Assembly (NCBI GenBank): GCA_016870895.1 | Contig: VGAA01000001.1 | Span: forward strand, 13,157 to 77,156 | Direction of reading: 5' to 3' | Source of the DNA: Actinomycetota bacterium | GTDB lineage: Bacteria > Actinomycetota > Actinomycetes > Nanopelagicales > Nanopelagicaceae | DNA length: 64,000 bases | Part shown: positions 42,309 to 52,700 of the stretch, piece after piece | How the letters are laid out: each line of letters begins with the position of its first letter | Numbering within the stretch: the stretch's first letter is position 1 | Made by a program: the position numbers and the translations under genes | The notes under the pieces: generated by a model | The model's input: only the letters and a program-made list of their open reading frames with translations | Database searches by the model: none | What the model was told of the DNA's origin: nothing

Positions 42309-43244
42309 GTGCCATTTATGGAGTCAGAGGATGCGCTAATACGCCGGCTTGGTGAGCTATTTAATAGTTCATTCCAAAGCGGAGTAAAGGTCGGCATAGG
42401 AGATGATGCAGCTGTGTTCAGCGGCGCAGACTCTGATTTTATTGCAACAGTGGATATGGCAGTTGAAGGTATACATTTTAGGCGAGATTGGTCTACGCCA
42501 TTTCAAATAGGAGCAAAGCTGACTACAGCAAGTTTGGCTGATGTCTTTGCAATGGGGGGAGAGCCTAATTATTTATTGGTTACTGCCGGAATTAACCAGA
42601 ATGAAAATACACAAGTCATTACCGAGATTGCAGAAGGAATTAGATCAGTCGCTGACAAGTTTAAGGTAAGTGTTATTGGAGGGGATTTAAGTAAATCGGA
42701 GAAATTAGTTTTAAGTATTACTGCTATAGGCCATATAAATTCAAAACCAATCAAACGCGATGGTGCAAAAGTTGGAGATATTGTCTATGTTTCTGCCCTT
42801 CCTGGATTATCTGCAGCAGGACTTGCAATTCTAAATAAGGGTTTAGATCGACCAAGATATGTTGTCGAGGCTCATTTAAATCCAAAATTAGTTAAACCTG
42901 ATGCACTGATCAGAGTTGCATCTGCAATGTGTGATATCAGCGATGGCTTAAGTATTGATGCTGGACATATAGCTAGCGCCTCTGGTGTTTCAATTAATTT
43001 CAGTAGAGAGTTGATTTCTAAAGCAGATGATTTTAACGATCTTGCAGAATTATCTACGGAACTAAGTGAAGACACTTTTGATTGGATTCTAAATGGTGGT
43101 GAGGATCATTTCTTTATAGCTACAGTTGATCCGAAGTACCGAAGTAAAGATTTGGGAATTGAGATAGGAATTGTTGAAGCAGGAAATGGTGAAGTGCGCT
43201 TAGATGCAAAAGAATTTGTAATAAAAGGCTACCAGCACTTTTAA
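42309..43244 (+). CDS. thiL: Thiamine-monophosphate kinase
   Basis: GIGDDAA, EGIHF, DVFAMGG, DISDGL, GGED. Confidence 0.95.
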   Translation: MPFMESEDALIRRLGELFNSSFQSGVKVGIGDDAAVFSGADSDFIATVDMAVEGIHFRRDWSTPFQIGAKLTTASLADVFAMGGEPNYLLVTAGINQNENTQVITEIAEGIRSVADKFKVSVIGGDLSKSEKLVLSITAIGHINSKPIKRDGAKVGDIVYVSALPGLSAAGLAILNKGLDRPRYVVEAHLNPKLVKPDALIRVASAMCDISDGLSIDAGHIASASGVSINFSRELISKADDFNDLAELSTELSEDTFDWILNGGEDHFFIATVDPKYRSKDLGIEIGIVEAGNGEVRLDAKEFVIKGYQHF

Positions 43245-43430
43245 TTAACGAAGAACTTTTCCAGCTTTCAAGCATGACGCACAAATGTTTTTACGCTTGC
43301 TTTGGCCATTAACAATCGTACGAATTTTTTGAATATTTGGATTCCATCGGCGACGAGTTGCTCGCTTTGAGTGCGAAACATTGTTTCCAAAGCTTGGAGC
43401 CTTTCCACATAAATCACAGACTAATGACAC
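43245..43430 (-). CDS. rpmB: 50S ribosomal protein L28 (zinc-binding form)
   Basis: CDLCGK..FGNNVSHS..TRRRWNPNIQ..CASC; SD TAAGGAG. Confidence 0.97.
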   Translation of the reverse strand: MSLVCDLCGKAPSFGNNVSHSKRATRRRWNPNIQKIRTIVNGQSKRKNICASCLKAGKVLR

Positions 43431-43557
43431 TGTATGGCTCCTTAGATTTATCGACTCAAACTTAGTGAAGGCGAAAGATTACCTCCTTAGGGCATTAAAT
43501 GGCTAATTCGGTGGGTAATTACGCGCAACTAGCCATTTGGCATTAGATACTTCCTCT

Positions 43558-45744
43558 ATGGCAACCCTTGCGACTCGCTTACCAAATATCCTCGGTGATC
43601 GAACTGCTGCTGTGTTGGAGAAGTCTTTTGGGATAACCACCATCAATGAATTACTTAGACACTATCCACGTAGATATGTAGTTAGAGGTGAATTAACCGA
43701 TATTTCAAAATTATTAGTTGATGAAGATGTGACAATCTTGGCGGAGATTGAAGCAGTTAAGTTAAGAAGGGCAAATGGCAAAAGTATTCTGGAGGTTGTC
43801 GTTACAGATGGAAGTGCAAAACTTTCCCTGACCTTCTTTAATCAAGCCTGGCGTGAAAAAGATTTAAAAACCGGTCGAGTTGGATTGTTTGCCGGTAAGG
43901 TCGGGGTTTTTAATGGCAAAAGGCAACTTTCTCATCCTGATTTTCAACTTATTCCAGATGGTGAAAATGTAGATGAGGCCATTGCTGAATTTGCTGGCAA
44001 GTTCTTGCCGGTCTATCCAGCAACATCAAAATTGCCATCATGGAAAGTTTTGCAGTGTGTGAAATTGGCGTTGGATTCATTAGAGGATATTCCAGATTAC
44101 CTACCGGAGGAAATTACCAAGCAGCATAAGTACCCAAATTTAAAAACTGCATTTGAGGAAATCCACCAACCTTCAGATTTGGAATCTGCCGAGAATGCCC
44201 GCCAAAGATTAACCTTTGATGAAGCACTTTTACTTCAAATTCTGCTTGGTCAAAGGCGGCTTGAGATAGAGGGTTTAAGTACTAGATCTCGAACCCCCAA
44301 TTCACCATTTTTAGTTGCAGAGTTTGAAGAGAATTTACCATTCAGTTACACCAAAGGTCAGATTGAGGTTAATAAACAAATAGAACTAGATCTTTCGCGA
44401 AAGTTTCCCATGCACCGATTACTACAGGGTGAAGTTGGCTCTGGAAAAACAGTTGTTGCATTGAGAGCGATGTTAAGTGTGGTTGATTCGGGTGGACAGG
44501 CAGTACTTCTTGCACCAACTGAAGTTTTAGCTCAACAACACTTCCGAACAATTAATAAAATTCTTGGAGATTTGGCAATTATTGGCTCATTAGGATCAAA
44601 TGAGATTGGTATTCAAGTTGAGTTGCTTACTGGCTCACTTCCTACTTCAAAGAAGAAGGAAATTCACACTAGGTTAGCGAATGGTGAAATTGGAATAGTG
44701 ATTGGAACTCATGCGCTGATTTCAGAGGGTGTGGCATTTTCTGATTTAGGACTAGTGGTAGTTGATGAACAACATCGCTTTGGTGTGGAGCAAAGAGATG
44801 CGTTAAAAGTGAAGGCTAAATACCCACCTCATTTACTTGTAATGACCGCAACGCCAATTCCACGAACAGTAGCTATGACAGTTTTTGGTGATTTAGATAT
44901 TTCTACTCTCAGAGAATTGCCATCAGGAAGAGTCCCAATTAACACTCACGTTGTATCCGTTCTGGAAAAACCACTTTTTCTAGCAAGAGCTTGGCAACGC
45001 GTAAGAGAAGAGGTAGCCAAAGGACATCAGGTTTACGTTGTTGCTCCCCGTATCAGTAATCCAAACAAAAAATTAAGCGAACGTGAGATCGCTGCAGCTA
45101 GGTTGTTGGGGGAGGAGTATTTAGATAATGAACAAATGGTTGCAGTTGAGGAGCTAGCACCAGATCTTGCTACAGGTGATTTAAAGGGACTAAAAATTGC
45201 CGTATTGCATGGCCGGCAACCTAGTGATCTAAAAGAGCAAACCATGGCGGCTTTTTCACAAGGCCAAATCGATGTGCTAATTGCGACAACAGTTATCGAG
45301 GTAGGTGTGGATGTGCCAAATGCTTCAATGATGGTGATTATGGATGCAGATAGATTTGGCGTATCCCAACTTCATCAATTACGAGGGCGAGTTGGCAGAG
45401 GAAAAGTTGCGGGCCTATGTCTCTTGGTTTCAAATGCATCCGAGGAGTCTCAAAGTATGCAGCGACTTAACGCCGTTGCTTCCACTTTAGATGGATTTGA
45501 ACTTGCTCGAATTGATTTAGAGCAACGCAAAGAGGGTGATGTTTTGGGTAAATCTCAATCGGGTGGAAAATCACACCTTAGACTTTTACGCGTACTAAGG
45601 GATGAGGAATTAATTGATAGGGCTAAAGAGATGGCTAATAAAATCTTATCAATTGATCCTAGACTAAATAGACTTCCTGAGCTTAGAGATGAAATTGAAA
45701 AATTAAGAATTGATGAGGCTGCAAGATTTATGGACAAATCATGA
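43558..45744 (+). CDS. recG: ATP-dependent DNA helicase RecG
   Basis: QGEVGSGKT, DEQHRFG, MTATPIPRT, QLHQLRGRVGR. Confidence 0.97.
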   Translation: MATLATRLPNILGDRTAAVLEKSFGITTINELLRHYPRRYVVRGELTDISKLLVDEDVTILAEIEAVKLRRANGKSILEVVVTDGSAKLSLTFFNQAWREKDLKTGRVGLFAGKVGVFNGKRQLSHPDFQLIPDGENVDEAIAEFAGKFLPVYPATSKLPSWKVLQCVKLALDSLEDIPDYLPEEITKQHKYPNLKTAFEEIHQPSDLESAENARQRLTFDEALLLQILLGQRRLEIEGLSTRSRTPNSPFLVAEFEENLPFSYTKGQIEVNKQIELDLSRKFPMHRLLQGEVGSGKTVVALRAMLSVVDSGGQAVLLAPTEVLAQQHFRTINKILGDLAIIGSLGSNEIGIQVELLTGSLPTSKKKEIHTRLANGEIGIVIGTHALISEGVAFSDLGLVVVDEQHRFGVEQRDALKVKAKYPPHLLVMTATPIPRTVAMTVFGDLDISTLRELPSGRVPINTHVVSVLEKPLFLARAWQRVREEVAKGHQVYVVAPRISNPNKKLSEREIAAARLLGEEYLDNEQMVAVEELAPDLATGDLKGLKIAVLHGRQPSDLKEQTMAAFSQGQIDVLIATTVIEVGVDVPNASMMVIMDADRFGVSQLHQLRGRVGRGKVAGLCLLVSNASEESQSMQRLNAVASTLDGFELARIDLEQRKEGDVLGKSQSGGKSHLRLLRVLRDEELIDRAKEMANKILSIDPRLNRLPELRDEIEKLRIDEAARFMDKS

Positions 45745-46337
45745 GTATGCGAATAATTTCTGGATTTGGAAAGAGCAGAAAGTTGTTTTCTCCACCTTCA
45801 ATTACTAGACCAACTTCAGATCGCGCTCGTGAAGGTCTGTTCTCGTCATTAATTTCCACTTTTAGCTCGATAGAAGGATTGCACTTTCTAGATTTATTTG
45901 CAGGATCTGGAGCAGTTGGCGTTGAAGCACTTTCTAGAGGGGCAGCATTAGTAGAAGCTGTCGAAAGTAACCCAATAAGTGCCAAGGTATGCGAACAAAA
46001 TTTTGCATTACTTAATGAGGTAAGCGGTATCGGTAGATATAGAGTTTATAACAAAACTACTTTTGAATATTTAAATCACTTAGCCAGTACCTCATTTGAA
46101 ATAATCTTTATAGACCCTCCTTATGATGTTGCAAATACAGAAATTGAAAAGATTTTAAAGAAGATCCTAACTCTAAATTTATTAAATATAAATGGAGTTA
46201 TAGCTATTGAGCGCGATGGAAAAACTAAAAATTTTATATGGCCGCAAGGATTATCGGAGGTGAAGGTTCGATCATATGGAGCAGGAAGTATTCATTACGG
46301 CGTGATATCTGAGCCTAATTTGAAAAAAAATGGCTAA
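45741..46337 (+). CDS. rsmD: 16S rRNA m2G966 methyltransferase
   Basis: RPTSDRARE, LDLFAGSG, DPPY. Confidence 0.94.
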   Translation: MSMRIISGFGKSRKLFSPPSITRPTSDRAREGLFSSLISTFSSIEGLHFLDLFAGSGAVGVEALSRGAALVEAVESNPISAKVCEQNFALLNEVSGIGRYRVYNKTTFEYLNHLASTSFEIIFIDPPYDVANTEIEKILKKILTLNLLNINGVIAIERDGKTKNFIWPQGLSEVKVRSYGAGSIHYGVISEPNLKKNG

Positions 46338-46366
46338 CTTGACAATTAATTGCTAGCGTTTTGTCT

Positions 46367-46849
46367 ATGAGAAGAGTTGTGTGTCCAGGATCTTTCGACC
46401 CAATAACTAATGGCCACTTGGATATTATCGCAAGAGCCTGTTTTTTGTTTGACGAAGTGGTTATTGCAGTTTTGGTGAATCAAACAAAGAGTTCATTGTT
46501 TACTGTTGATGAGCGTATTGAAATGATCAAAGATGTAACTAGTAGATATAAAAATGTAAAAGTTGATTCTTGGACCGGACTATTAGTCGATTACTGTAGA
46601 GCGAACAAGATACCAACAATCGTTAAAGGATTAAGAGCAGTAAGTGATTTTGATTATGAACTCCAAATGAGCCAAGTCAACCTACAACTTCAAGGTGTTG
46701 AAACATTATTCATGTCTACTGCGCCTGCGCACTCATTTTTGTCTTCATCACTCGTGAAGGAAATCGCAAGTTATGGCGGAGATGTATCGCCATATATGCC
46801 ATCGGCTATTGTCGATAAGTTAAAATCTAGACTTGAACGAAAGGGCTAA
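46367..46849 (+). CDS. coaD: Phosphopantetheine adenylyltransferase
   Basis: PGSFDPITNGH, KGLRAVSDFDYE, SSSLVKE. Confidence 0.98.
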   Translation: MRRVVCPGSFDPITNGHLDIIARACFLFDEVVIAVLVNQTKSSLFTVDERIEMIKDVTSRYKNVKVDSWTGLLVDYCRANKIPTIVKGLRAVSDFDYELQMSQVNLQLQGVETLFMSTAPAHSFLSSSLVKEIASYGGDVSPYMPSAIVDKLKSRLERKG

Positions 46850-46850
46850 A

Positions 46851-47324
46851 ATGGATGTAGTTGAGAATATTGAAGCTGCGATTGCAATTGTTGAAGAAGC
46901 GAGATCTGTACCATTATCGGCTTCATGTGTTATTAATAGAAGTGAAATGTTAAAACTATTAGATAAAATAAAGGCGTCTTTTCCAAACGACTTAGCAAAA
47001 GCTATTTCAATTCAACGTGAAAAAGATTCAATTTTGGAGCAGGCCCATCTTCAATCTGATGCAGTGATTCAGCAAGCGCGAGATGAGGTTGCTCGTATGG
47101 TTGAGCAAACGACTATTGTTTCATCAGCACGCAAAGAGGCGGCAAGAATTTTGTCCGATGCAAAGGCAGATAGTGATCGAGATCGAAAAGAAATTGAAGA
47201 GTACATTGATTCGCGATTAGCAAACCTTGAAGTTATTTTAAATAAGACTTTGGATGTAATTAGCAAGGGTAGAGATCAACTAAATGGTGTTGAGACTAAG
47301 CATGTCCTATCTAAATTAAAGTAA
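46851..47324 (+). CDS. Coiled-coil SepIVA/DivIVA-like protein
   Basis: EEARSVPLSASCVINR, coiled coil, EYIDSRLA; coaD-sepIVA-yceD synteny. Confidence 0.82.
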   Translation: MDVVENIEAAIAIVEEARSVPLSASCVINRSEMLKLLDKIKASFPNDLAKAISIQREKDSILEQAHLQSDAVIQQARDEVARMVEQTTIVSSARKEAARILSDAKADSDRDRKEIEEYIDSRLANLEVILNKTLDVISKGRDQLNGVETKHVLSKLK

Positions 47325-47329
47325 ACTAA

Positions 47330-47911
47330 ATGGCAAGATCTGTTTTTGTTTTCAATACTCATGATTTACCTCATCGTGCTGGTGAAATGCGCGAATATGA
47401 ACTTGATATAGAAATTTCTGATCCTTTAGGTATTGATTTATTATCGGTAAAACCCGGTGAAATAATTGAGATCGATCTAAGAATTCAGTCAGTAGAAGAG
47501 GGCGTACTTGCCACTGCCCGAGTCGTTGCCACTGCCTCAGGCGAATGTACACGCTGTCTGAAGCCGATTACTTGGCCAATCGATGAAAACTTTACAGAGC
47601 TTTACTATTATCAATCACGAGTAGCCAAGACTAACGCTAAAAAAGGTTCAAAATCTAAATTAACAGATGAAGAGGATATTGATCTAGAAGTAGATGACTT
47701 GAGTTTTATGATTGGCGATGAGATTGATCTTGAACCGGCAATTAGAGATGCAATTATTCTTAATATGGAGGTAAATCCACTTTGTTCAGAGGATTGCCCA
47801 GGTATAGATGCCAAGCAAGGTGAAAATTGGTCATACGTGCCGGCCGATCAAGCACAGGTATCTGATGATCCAAGATGGTCAGCATTAAAGAATTTCCCGC
47901 TTAAAAACTAA
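47330..47911 (+). CDS. yceD: YceD/DUF177 protein
   Basis: ECTRCL, PLCSEDCPG, DPRWSAL. Confidence 0.92.
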   Translation: MARSVFVFNTHDLPHRAGEMREYELDIEISDPLGIDLLSVKPGEIIEIDLRIQSVEEGVLATARVVATASGECTRCLKPITWPIDENFTELYYYQSRVAKTNAKKGSKSKLTDEEDIDLEVDDLSFMIGDEIDLEPAIRDAIILNMEVNPLCSEDCPGIDAKQGENWSYVPADQAQVSDDPRWSALKNFPLKN

Positions 47912-47990
47912 TCGTTTTTACAAGTTAGAGTTTTTCGTAGATAATTCTCACCGTACGCTAGTAAAGCGTAAAAAGTAAGGAGTAAAGATC

Positions 47991-48164
47991 ATGCCAGTTC
48001 CAAAAAGAAAAATGTCGCGAGCACGTACTCGCTCTCGTCGAAGCATGTGGAAGACAACTCCTGCACACCTTGCAACCTGCCAGCAATGTAAACAACCTAA
48101 ATTGCAACACGTGGCTTGTCCAACTTGTGGAACTTATAACCGTCGACAGGTTCTAGAGGTTTAA
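47991..48164 (+). CDS. rpmF: 50S ribosomal protein L32 (zinc-binding form); below the ORF-track size cut-off
   Basis: Manual translation MPVPKRKMSRARTRSRRSMWK...CQQC...HVACPTCGTYNRRQVLEV (57 aa); SD TAAGGAG. Confidence 0.97.
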   Translation: MPVPKRKMSRARTRSRRSMWKTTPAHLATCQQCKQPKLQHVACPTCGTYNRRQVLEV

Positions 48165-48165
48165 A

Positions 48166-48849
48166 CTGTACTCTGGCCTAACCGAACTACTCGGGATATC
48201 GGTTAAGGATGAGTTGCTCGAACTTGCATTAACGCATCGCTCTTATTCTTATGAAGCAGGCGGAATTCCAACTAATGAGCGACTTGAATTTTTAGGTGAC
48301 TCAGTTCTTGGATTAATAGTCACGGATGAACTTTATAAATTATTTCCAAATTTGGATGAAAGTAGATTAAGTCCACTTAGGTCAGGCGTCGTTAATATGA
48401 AAGCACTGGCTCAGATTGCCCGTGAAATCAATCTTGGTTCCTATTTGAAAATAGGCAAAGGTGAAGAGGCAACAAATGGACGGGAGAAAAATTCAATCTT
48501 GGCCGATACCTTCGAGGCGCTAGTAGGAGCAATTTATTTAGAACATGGATATGTTAGAAGCGCTGAAGTTATTTCAAAGTGGATAAATCCAGCCATAGTC
48601 GCTGCAACCTCGCAAGGCTCGACATTGGATAGTAAAACGGCATTACAAGAGTTGTCTGCGTTATTGAACCTTGCATCGCCTGAGTATGAGATAAGTGAAT
48701 CTGGCCCAGATCATGATAAGAGTTTTATGGCCTGCGTACTGTTAGGTAGTGAGAAGTTTCCAGTTGGAATGGGAAAAAGTAAACGAGAAGCTGAACAAGC
48801 AGCAGCAAAAATTGCTTATGAAATCTTGGTTGAACGAGATAAAAAGTAA
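48166..48849 (+). CDS. rnc: Ribonuclease III (probable CTG start at 48166; TTG 48214 is the alternative)
   Basis: ALTHRS, NERLEFLGDSVL, DTFEAL, C-terminal dsRBD. Confidence 0.96.
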   Translation: MYSGLTELLGISVKDELLELALTHRSYSYEAGGIPTNERLEFLGDSVLGLIVTDELYKLFPNLDESRLSPLRSGVVNMKALAQIAREINLGSYLKIGKGEEATNGREKNSILADTFEALVGAIYLEHGYVRSAEVISKWINPAIVAATSQGSTLDSKTALQELSALLNLASPEYEISESGPDHDKSFMACVLLGSEKFPVGMGKSKREAEQAAAKIAYEILVERDKK

Positions 48850-48855
48850 GTAAGC

Positions 48856-49692
48856 ATGCCAGAATTACCTGAAGTAGAGACTGTACGTGCAGGTTTAGAA
48901 AAGTATATTGTTGGTCAGCAGATTAGAAATATAGAAACTTTTCATCCAAGAGCGCTCAAACCAAGTTCTCTATTACCGCTCTCTGCTGTGAATGGTGCCA
49001 AAATAAACTCCATTCGAAGGCGAGGGAAATTTCTTTGGTTAGAACTTGATAGAGAGTTTGTATTGGTTGCCCACTTGGGAATGAGCGGGCAATTACTAGT
49101 GCAAAAAAGTCATGTAAAAGATCACCCTCACCTCAGAGCTAGAATCTCGTTGAGCGGCTTAATCAAGGGCTATGCCAATGAGGTTAGGTTTATCGATCAA
49201 CGGACCTTTGGCTGGCTATCTGTGGAGCAGGTTTTCGAAGGAATCCCAACCTCGGTTTTAAAGATTTCAAAAGATCCATTTGAATCAGAGTTTGACTTAA
49301 GACAGGTAGTTACGAATATTAATCGAAGAAAAACTGCTATCAAGCCTGCCATTTTGAATCAAAATATCATTAGTGGAATTGGCAACATATATGCAGATGA
49401 AGCATTATGGCGAGCAAAAATACATCCTGAGATTATTTGTGAAGATTTAAATGAAAATGAAATCAAAAAGGTAATTAAATCAGCCATTTCAATAATGAAG
49501 TTATCGATTAAAGCAGGTGGCACTTCATTTGATGAGGCTTATAAAAATGTAAATGGTGAAAGTGGATACTTTTCCCGTTCCCTAAAGGTTTATGGCAGAG
49601 AGGGCGAACCTTGCCCTCGGTGCCGATCAAAGATTCGCCGGATAGCCTTTACAAACAGATCCTCCCATTTTTGCCCGCGTTGCCAGCGCTAG
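48856..49692 (+). CDS. mutM: Formamidopyrimidine-DNA glycosylase
   Basis: MPELPEVE, HLGMSG, GIGNIYADE, C-terminal zinc finger. Confidence 0.97.
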   Translation: MPELPEVETVRAGLEKYIVGQQIRNIETFHPRALKPSSLLPLSAVNGAKINSIRRRGKFLWLELDREFVLVAHLGMSGQLLVQKSHVKDHPHLRARISLSGLIKGYANEVRFIDQRTFGWLSVEQVFEGIPTSVLKISKDPFESEFDLRQVVTNINRRKTAIKPAILNQNIISGIGNIYADEALWRAKIHPEIICEDLNENEIKKVIKSAISIMKLSIKAGGTSFDEAYKNVNGESGYFSRSLKVYGREGEPCPRCRSKIRRIAFTNRSSHFCPRCQR

Positions 49693-49754
49693 GTACCAAG
49701 TTTTCGATCACTTTTTAGATAGGTTTGCGCTATGCGCTATGGGTGGACCTTTCT

Positions 49755-52700
49755 ATGTATTTAAAGAGTATGAATTTGAAGGGCTTTAAGTCCTTTGCAT
49801 CTTCAACGACTTTAAATTTTGAACAGGGAATTACCTGCGTTGTAGGTCCTAATGGATCCGGTAAATCAAATGTGGTTGATGCACTCTCCTGGGTTATGGG
49901 TGAGCAAGGCGCAAAGTCACTTCGTGGTGGAAAAATGGAGGACGTAATTTTCGCCGGTACCTCAGGAAGAGCACCTCTTGGTAGAGCTGAGGTTTCAGTA
50001 ACTATCGACAATACCGATGGCTTACTACCGATTGACTTTTCCGAGGTAACAATTACGCGAGTTCTATTTAGAAATGGTGCCTCTGAATATTTATTAAATG
50101 GGGAAACAACTCGACTTTTAGATATCCAAGAACTACTCAGTGATAGTGGTATTGGTAGGGAGATGCATGTAATAGTTGGGCAAGGCCAATTAGATGCTAT
50201 TTTGTTAGCAAATCCAGAAGAACGCAGAGCATTTATTGAAGAAGCAGCTGGCGTTCTAAAACATCGAAAGCGTAAAGAAAAAGCAATTCGAAAACTTGAT
50301 TCAATGCAAACTAACTTAGCTCGTATTCAAGACTTAACGGTGGAGTTGAGAAGACAACTAAAGCCACTTGGAAAACAAGCAGAGGTGGCTCGTAAAGCCT
50401 CGATAATCCAATCTGATGTGAGGGATGCAAAATTACGCTTGATGGCGGATGACATGCTGCGCATGCGCAATGAAATGGAGATAGAGGTCGCTGATGAAAA
50501 TGTGTTACGGCACCGCAAAGAACAGGTTGAGAGTGAATTAAATTCTGCAAGAAGTCGTGAAATAGAGTTGGATGCTATTGCTACTAGTGAAAACCCTCAA
50601 TTAATCGCCGCTCAAGAAAACTTTTATCGTCTTACTGCTCAGCGAGAGCAAATTCGTGCAGTACAAAACTTATCATCTGAACGAGCAAGATTTCTCTCTG
50701 AGGAAGCTGAAGAAGCCAAAGCATCTGGTCGTGATCCAGTTTTATTAGAACAAGAAGCTCAACAGTTACGAAATGAAGAAAAAGAGCTGGCTAATAAAGT
50801 TAAAAAATCTCAAGAGCAACTTGATAATGACTCTAATTTATTAAAAGCAATTGAAGATAAGTTAGCTCTTGAAGAAAGTCGAGTATCAGCTGCCCTTCGT
50901 GCTATTGCAGATCAACGTGAGGGAACTGCTCGACAAGAAGGTCATATAAATGGATTACGCTCTCGAATAGATGCGACTTCAGGTGAGGTTAATCGATTAA
51001 CTGAGGCTAGAAATTCTGTCGAACAAAGACTAAAAGGCTATCGGGAAAATTTTGCAACGATTGAAACCCAGATATCATCACTATCAGCTTCCGAGCCTGG
51101 CCTTGATGGTTTATTTGAAAAGTTAAAAATTGAAATGAAGCATTGTGAAAAAGAACTAAAAGTTCTTACAGAAAAACTTCAATCTACTGAGAAATTGCGA
51201 GCCGGATCGCTAGGTAGATTATCTGCATTTAAAGAGATTACTGAACTAGTCAAATCTTCAGAAAATGCTAGCTTGATATCTCAAATTGATGATTTGACCT
51301 CAAACTGTGAAGTTGAAGTAAATAAGGTCTCTATTGATTGTGATCGAATTCGGTTTGAACTTACCAGCGCAAATGATGTTTTTAATAAAATAAGCAGTGA
51401 GTATGAGTCTGTACTTTCCAAGTTAAATGAGTCTGACGCAGCTATGACAGGGCTTGCTGAGCAGCTTGCTATCTCAGGCCAGAATGTAAAGAATTCTGTT
51501 GATGAATTTGATAGATTAAATTTAGCACTGCAAGCAGCAATTAATCAGCGTAATTCCGACGAAAGAGATTTAGCTGCAGCTTTGGCGCAGTTTGAATCAC
51601 ATCAAACTCCAGTTGAACCTGATCTAACAAACTTAGAGGATCTAAGATCTCAAGTTTCAAGTGCAAGATCAAAGGAGGTGGAGTCTCGATTAAATTTAAG
51701 GACTATAGAAGAGCGTAAGGATGCGCTATCACAGCGGGCTGAGGCATTAGAGAATCAAGCAGCTACTGAGCGTGAATCTGCATCTCGATCAATTTCTCGC
51801 CGTGAAAATAGGGCACAAGCTGCGATAACTGCGCAGGATATTGCAGACACAGCTTATGAGGCATTGATTCAAATTGAGTCCTCTATTTCGCGGGCAGGTT
51901 CTGAAAGAGAAAGATTGGAAACTTCAAGATCTTCTCGAGAGGGCGAAATATTAAGTTTAAGGACAATAGGTCGCGAGCTTTCAATTGAGTTAGAGAAATT
52001 AACCTCAAGTGTGCATAAAGACGAAATCGCTCGAGCTGAGCAACGACTTAGAATTGAACAATTAGAGACAAAAGCAGTTGAGGAACTTGGAATAGATGTT
52101 CACACACTTGTAAATGAGTATGGCCCAAGTAATGACGTTCCAACATTTTACGAGAATGAGCAGGGCGATTTTGTGCCTGGAGATTTAATTCCATATCGAC
52201 GAGACCAACAAGAAAAGCGCCTTTCCCAGGCGGAGAAATCGCTAACATTATTAGGAAAGATTAATCCGTTGGCATTAGAAGAGTATTCATCTTTAGAAGA
52301 GCGCTTACGTTACCTTGCTGAACAATTAGAAGATTTAAAAAAGACTAAAAAGGATTTATTAGACATAATTAAAGAAGTTGATGATCGTGTTCAGCAGATA
52401 TTTACAGAAGCTTATGAAGATACTGCAAGAGAGTTCGAACTTGTTTTCGCTAGATTATTCCCAGGTGGCGATGGAAAATTAATTCTTACAAACCCATCTG
52501 ACATGCTGACCTCAGGTGTTGATGTCGAGGCCAGACCACCTGGTAAAAGAGTGAAGAGATTATCTCTACTATCAGGGGGTGAAAGATCATTGGTAGCAGT
52601 TGCACTTTTAATTGCAATATTTAAAGCCAGACCTTCACCTTTTTATGTTTTGGATGAGGTGGAAGCAGCTCTTGATGACACAAACTTAGGAAGGTTACTT

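Noticed and set aside
51130-51350. Three cysteines near the SMC apex as a Rad50-like zinc hook
   Set aside because: They are widely spaced (KHCEK, SNCEV, IDCDR) with no CxxC, so no hook is supported
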